DNA of 64,000 bases, taken from contig OZ024742.1 of the NCBI GenBank assembly GCA_964016885.1, forward strand, positions 369,210,001 through 369,274,000, read 5' to 3'. The stretch is from Eledone cirrhosa. Taxonomy: Eukaryota. Shown piece by piece: positions 61,301 to 64,000 of this stretch. A model generated the notes under the pieces. The model worked only from the letters and a program-made list of their open reading frames with translations. It did no database searches and had not been told where the DNA came from. The position numbers and the translations under genes are program-made. The first letter of the stretch is position 1. Each line of letters starts with the position of its first letter.

Positions 61301-64000
61301 CTGCTGTCCAGCTTCAGTTGTCTAATGTCCAGTTTAGGTTGTCTGATATCCAGCTTCAGTTGTCTGATCTCCAGCTTCAGTTGTCTGCTGTCCAGCTTCA
61401 GTTGTTTGATGTCCAGTTTAGGTTGTCTGATGTACAATTTAGGTTGTCTGCTGACCAGCTTCAGTTGTCTGATATCCAGCTCAGTTGTCTGATCTCCAGT
61501 TTCAGTTGTCTGGTATCCAGTTAAGATTTTCGGATGTCCAGCTCAGTTGTCTGATGTCCAGCTCAGTTGTCTGATCTCCAGTTTCGGTTGTCTGGTCTCC
61601 ATCTTTAGTTGTCTGATGTCCAGTTTAATTTGTCTGATGTCCAGCTTCCGTTGTCTGATGTCCAGCTTCAGTTGTGTGATGTCCAGTTTAGGTTGTCTGC
61701 TGTCCAGCTTCAAATGTCTGATGTCCACCTTCAGTTGTCTGATCTCCAGCTTCAGTTGTCTGCTGTAGAGCTTCAGTTGTCTGATCTCCAGCTTCAGTTG
61801 TCTGCTGTCCAGCTTCAGTTGTCTGATGTCCATTTTAGGTTGTCTGATGTCCAGCTTCAGTTGAATGATGTCCAGCTTCAGTTGTCTGATGTCCAGCTTC
61901 AGTTGTCTAATGTACAGCTCAGTTGTCTGATCTCCAGGTTCAGATTCGGATGTCCAGATTAGGTTGTCTGATGTCCATCTTCAGTTGTCTGATCTCCAGC
62001 TTAAGTTGTCTGATCTCCAGCTTCAGATGTCTGCTGTCCAGTTTCGGTTGTCTGGTGACCAGTTTAGTTTGTCTGATGTCCAGCTCAGTTTTCTCATCTC
62101 CAGCCTCAGTTCGCTGATGTCCAGCTTCAGTTATCTGATGTCCAGCTCAGTAGACCGATCTCCAATTTCAGTTTTCTGGTGTCCAGTTTAGGTAGGCTGA
62201 TGTCCAGCTCAGTTGTCTAATCTCCAGCTTCAGTTCTCTGATGTCCAGCTTCAGTTGTCTGATGTCCAGCTTCAGTTGTCTAATGTCAAGTTTAAGTTAT
62301 CTGATCTCCAGCTTCATTTGTCTGATGTCCAGTTTCAGTTGTCTGATGTCCAGTTTAGGTTGTCCGATGTTCAGCTTCAGTTCTCTGATGTCCAGCTTCA
62401 GTTGTCTGATCTCCAGCTTCAGTTGTCTGCTGTCCTGCTTCTGTTGTCTGATGTCCAGCTTCAGTTGTCTGATCTTCAATTTTAGTTGTCTGATGTCCAG
62501 TTTAGGTTGTCTGTTGTACAGTTTAGGTTGTCTGATGACCAGCTTCAGTTGTCTGATCTCCAGTTTCAGTTGTCTGCTGTCCAGTTTAGGTTGTCTGATG
62601 TCCAGCTCAATTTTCTGTTCTCCACCTTCAGTTGTCTGATGTCCAGTTTAGGTTGTCTGATGTCCAGCTCAGTTGTGTAATCTCCAGGTTCAGTTGTCTG
62701 TTTTCCAGCTTCAGATATCTGATCTCCAGCTTCAGTTGTCTGCTGTCCAGCTCCAGATATCTGATGTCCAGTTTAGGTTGTCTGATGTACAGTTTAGGTT
62801 GTCTGATGTCCAGTTTAGGTTGTCTGATGTCCAGCTTCAGTTGTCTGATTTCCAGCTTCAGTTGTCTGTTGTCCAGTTTATGTTTTTTGATGTCCAGCTT
62901 CAGTTGTCTGATGTCCAGCTTCAGTTGTCTGATGTCCAGCTTCAGTTGTCTGATCTCCAGCTTCAGTTGTCTGATTTCCAGCTTCAGTTGTCTGATGTCC
63001 AGTTTAGGTTGTCTGATCTCCCGTTTAGGTTGTCTGATGTCCAGCCTCAGTTGTCTGCTGTCCAGCTTCAGTTGTCTAATGTCCAGTTTAAGTTGTCTGC
63101 TGTCCAGCTTCAGTTGTCTGATCTCCAGCTTCAGTTGTCTGCTGTCCAGCTTCAGTTGTCTGATGTCCAGTTTAGGTTGTCTGATGTACAATTTAGGTTG
63201 TGTGATGACCAGCTTCAGTTGTCTGATATCCAGCTCAGTTGTCTGATCTCCAGTTTCAGTTGTCTGGTATCCAGTTAAGATATTCGGATGTCCAGCTCAG
63301 TTTTCTGATGTCCAGCTCAGTTGTCTGATCTCTAGTTTCGGTTGTCTGGTCTCCATCTTTAGTTGTCTGATGTCCAGTTTAACTTGTCTGATGTCCAGCT
63401 ACCGTTGTCTGATGTCCAGCGTCAGCTGTGTGATGTCCAGATTAGGTTGTCTGCTGTCCAGCTTCAAATGTCTGATATCCCCCTTCAGTTGTCTGATCTC
63501 CAGCTTCAGTTGTCTGCTGTCCAGCTTCAGTTGTCTGATGTCCATTTTAGGTTGTCTGATGTCCAGCTTCAGTTGAATGATGTCCAGCTTCAGTTGTCTG
63601 ATGTCCAGCTTCAGTTGTCTAATGTACAGCTCAGTTGTCTGATCTCCAGGTTCAGATTCGGATGTCCAGATTAGGTTGTCTGATGTCCATCTTCAGTTGT
63701 CTGATCTCCAGCTTAAGTTGTCTGTGATCTCCAGCTTCAGATGTCTGCTGTCCAGTTTCGGTTGTCTGGTGACCAGTTTAGTTTGTCTGATGTCCAGCTC
63801 AGTTTTCTCATCTGCAGCCTCAGTTCGCTGATGTCCAGCTTCAGTTATCTAATGTCCAGCTCAGTAGCCCGATCTCCAATTTCAGTTTTCTGGTGTCCAG
63901 TTTAGGTAGTCTGATGTCCAGCTCAGTTGTCTAATCCCCAGCTTCAGTTCTCTGATGTCCAGCTTCAGTTGTCTATTGTCCAGTTTATGTTGTTTGATGT
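43374..64000. repeat. 21-bp satellite (consensus TTGTCTGAT[G/C]TCCAGCTTCAG), roughly 1000 monomers, with kb-scale higher-order repeats; continues beyond the right edge
   Basis: 21-bp period with 20-bp variants (CAGCTCAG). The rare marker GTACGGCTAGATAGG recurs at about 44321, 46908, 50809, 54644 and 57540. Confidence 0.98.

Noticed and set aside
43374-64000. Heptad ORFs (LSDVQLQ)n / (LDIRQLK)n resembling a coiled-coil or leucine-zipper protein
   Set aside because: A 21-bp unit necessarily gives a 7-aa period. Frequent 20-bp monomers and stops break every frame, and several frames are equally open.

Overview
Repeat-dominated eukaryotic DNA. The SINE, RTE and MITE repertoire looks cephalopod (Octopus-like); this is an inference from pattern recognition, not a database result. 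About 70% of the window is tandem repeat: a 12.6-kb G-rich 40-bp minisatellite, a run of different 26-52-bp minisatellites (12.7-25.7 kb), and a >20-kb 21-bp satellite with higher-order structure running off the right edge. The middle (20-43 kb) is mostly transposon remnants: five RTE-clade LINE pieces, a CRE-like LINE fragment, TTAA-flanked piggyBac-like MITEs and tRNA-derived SINEs. The only convincing coding sequence is the RTE ORF at 31066-33420 (-); almost all other ORFs in the track are repeat translations. The main observations are: two apparently independent RTE copies inserted at the same position of a 59-bp minisatellite unit (centre of the palindrome TATATACATGTATATA); a C4HC3 PHD-type finger embedded in that RTE reverse transcriptase; a 5'-inverted RTE insertion with twin-priming geometry and a TSD; and a three-level nested MITE/MITE/SINE plus CRE insertion. 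No host gene can be established; only weak micro-exon candidates are seen. Boundaries of degenerate elements are approximate.
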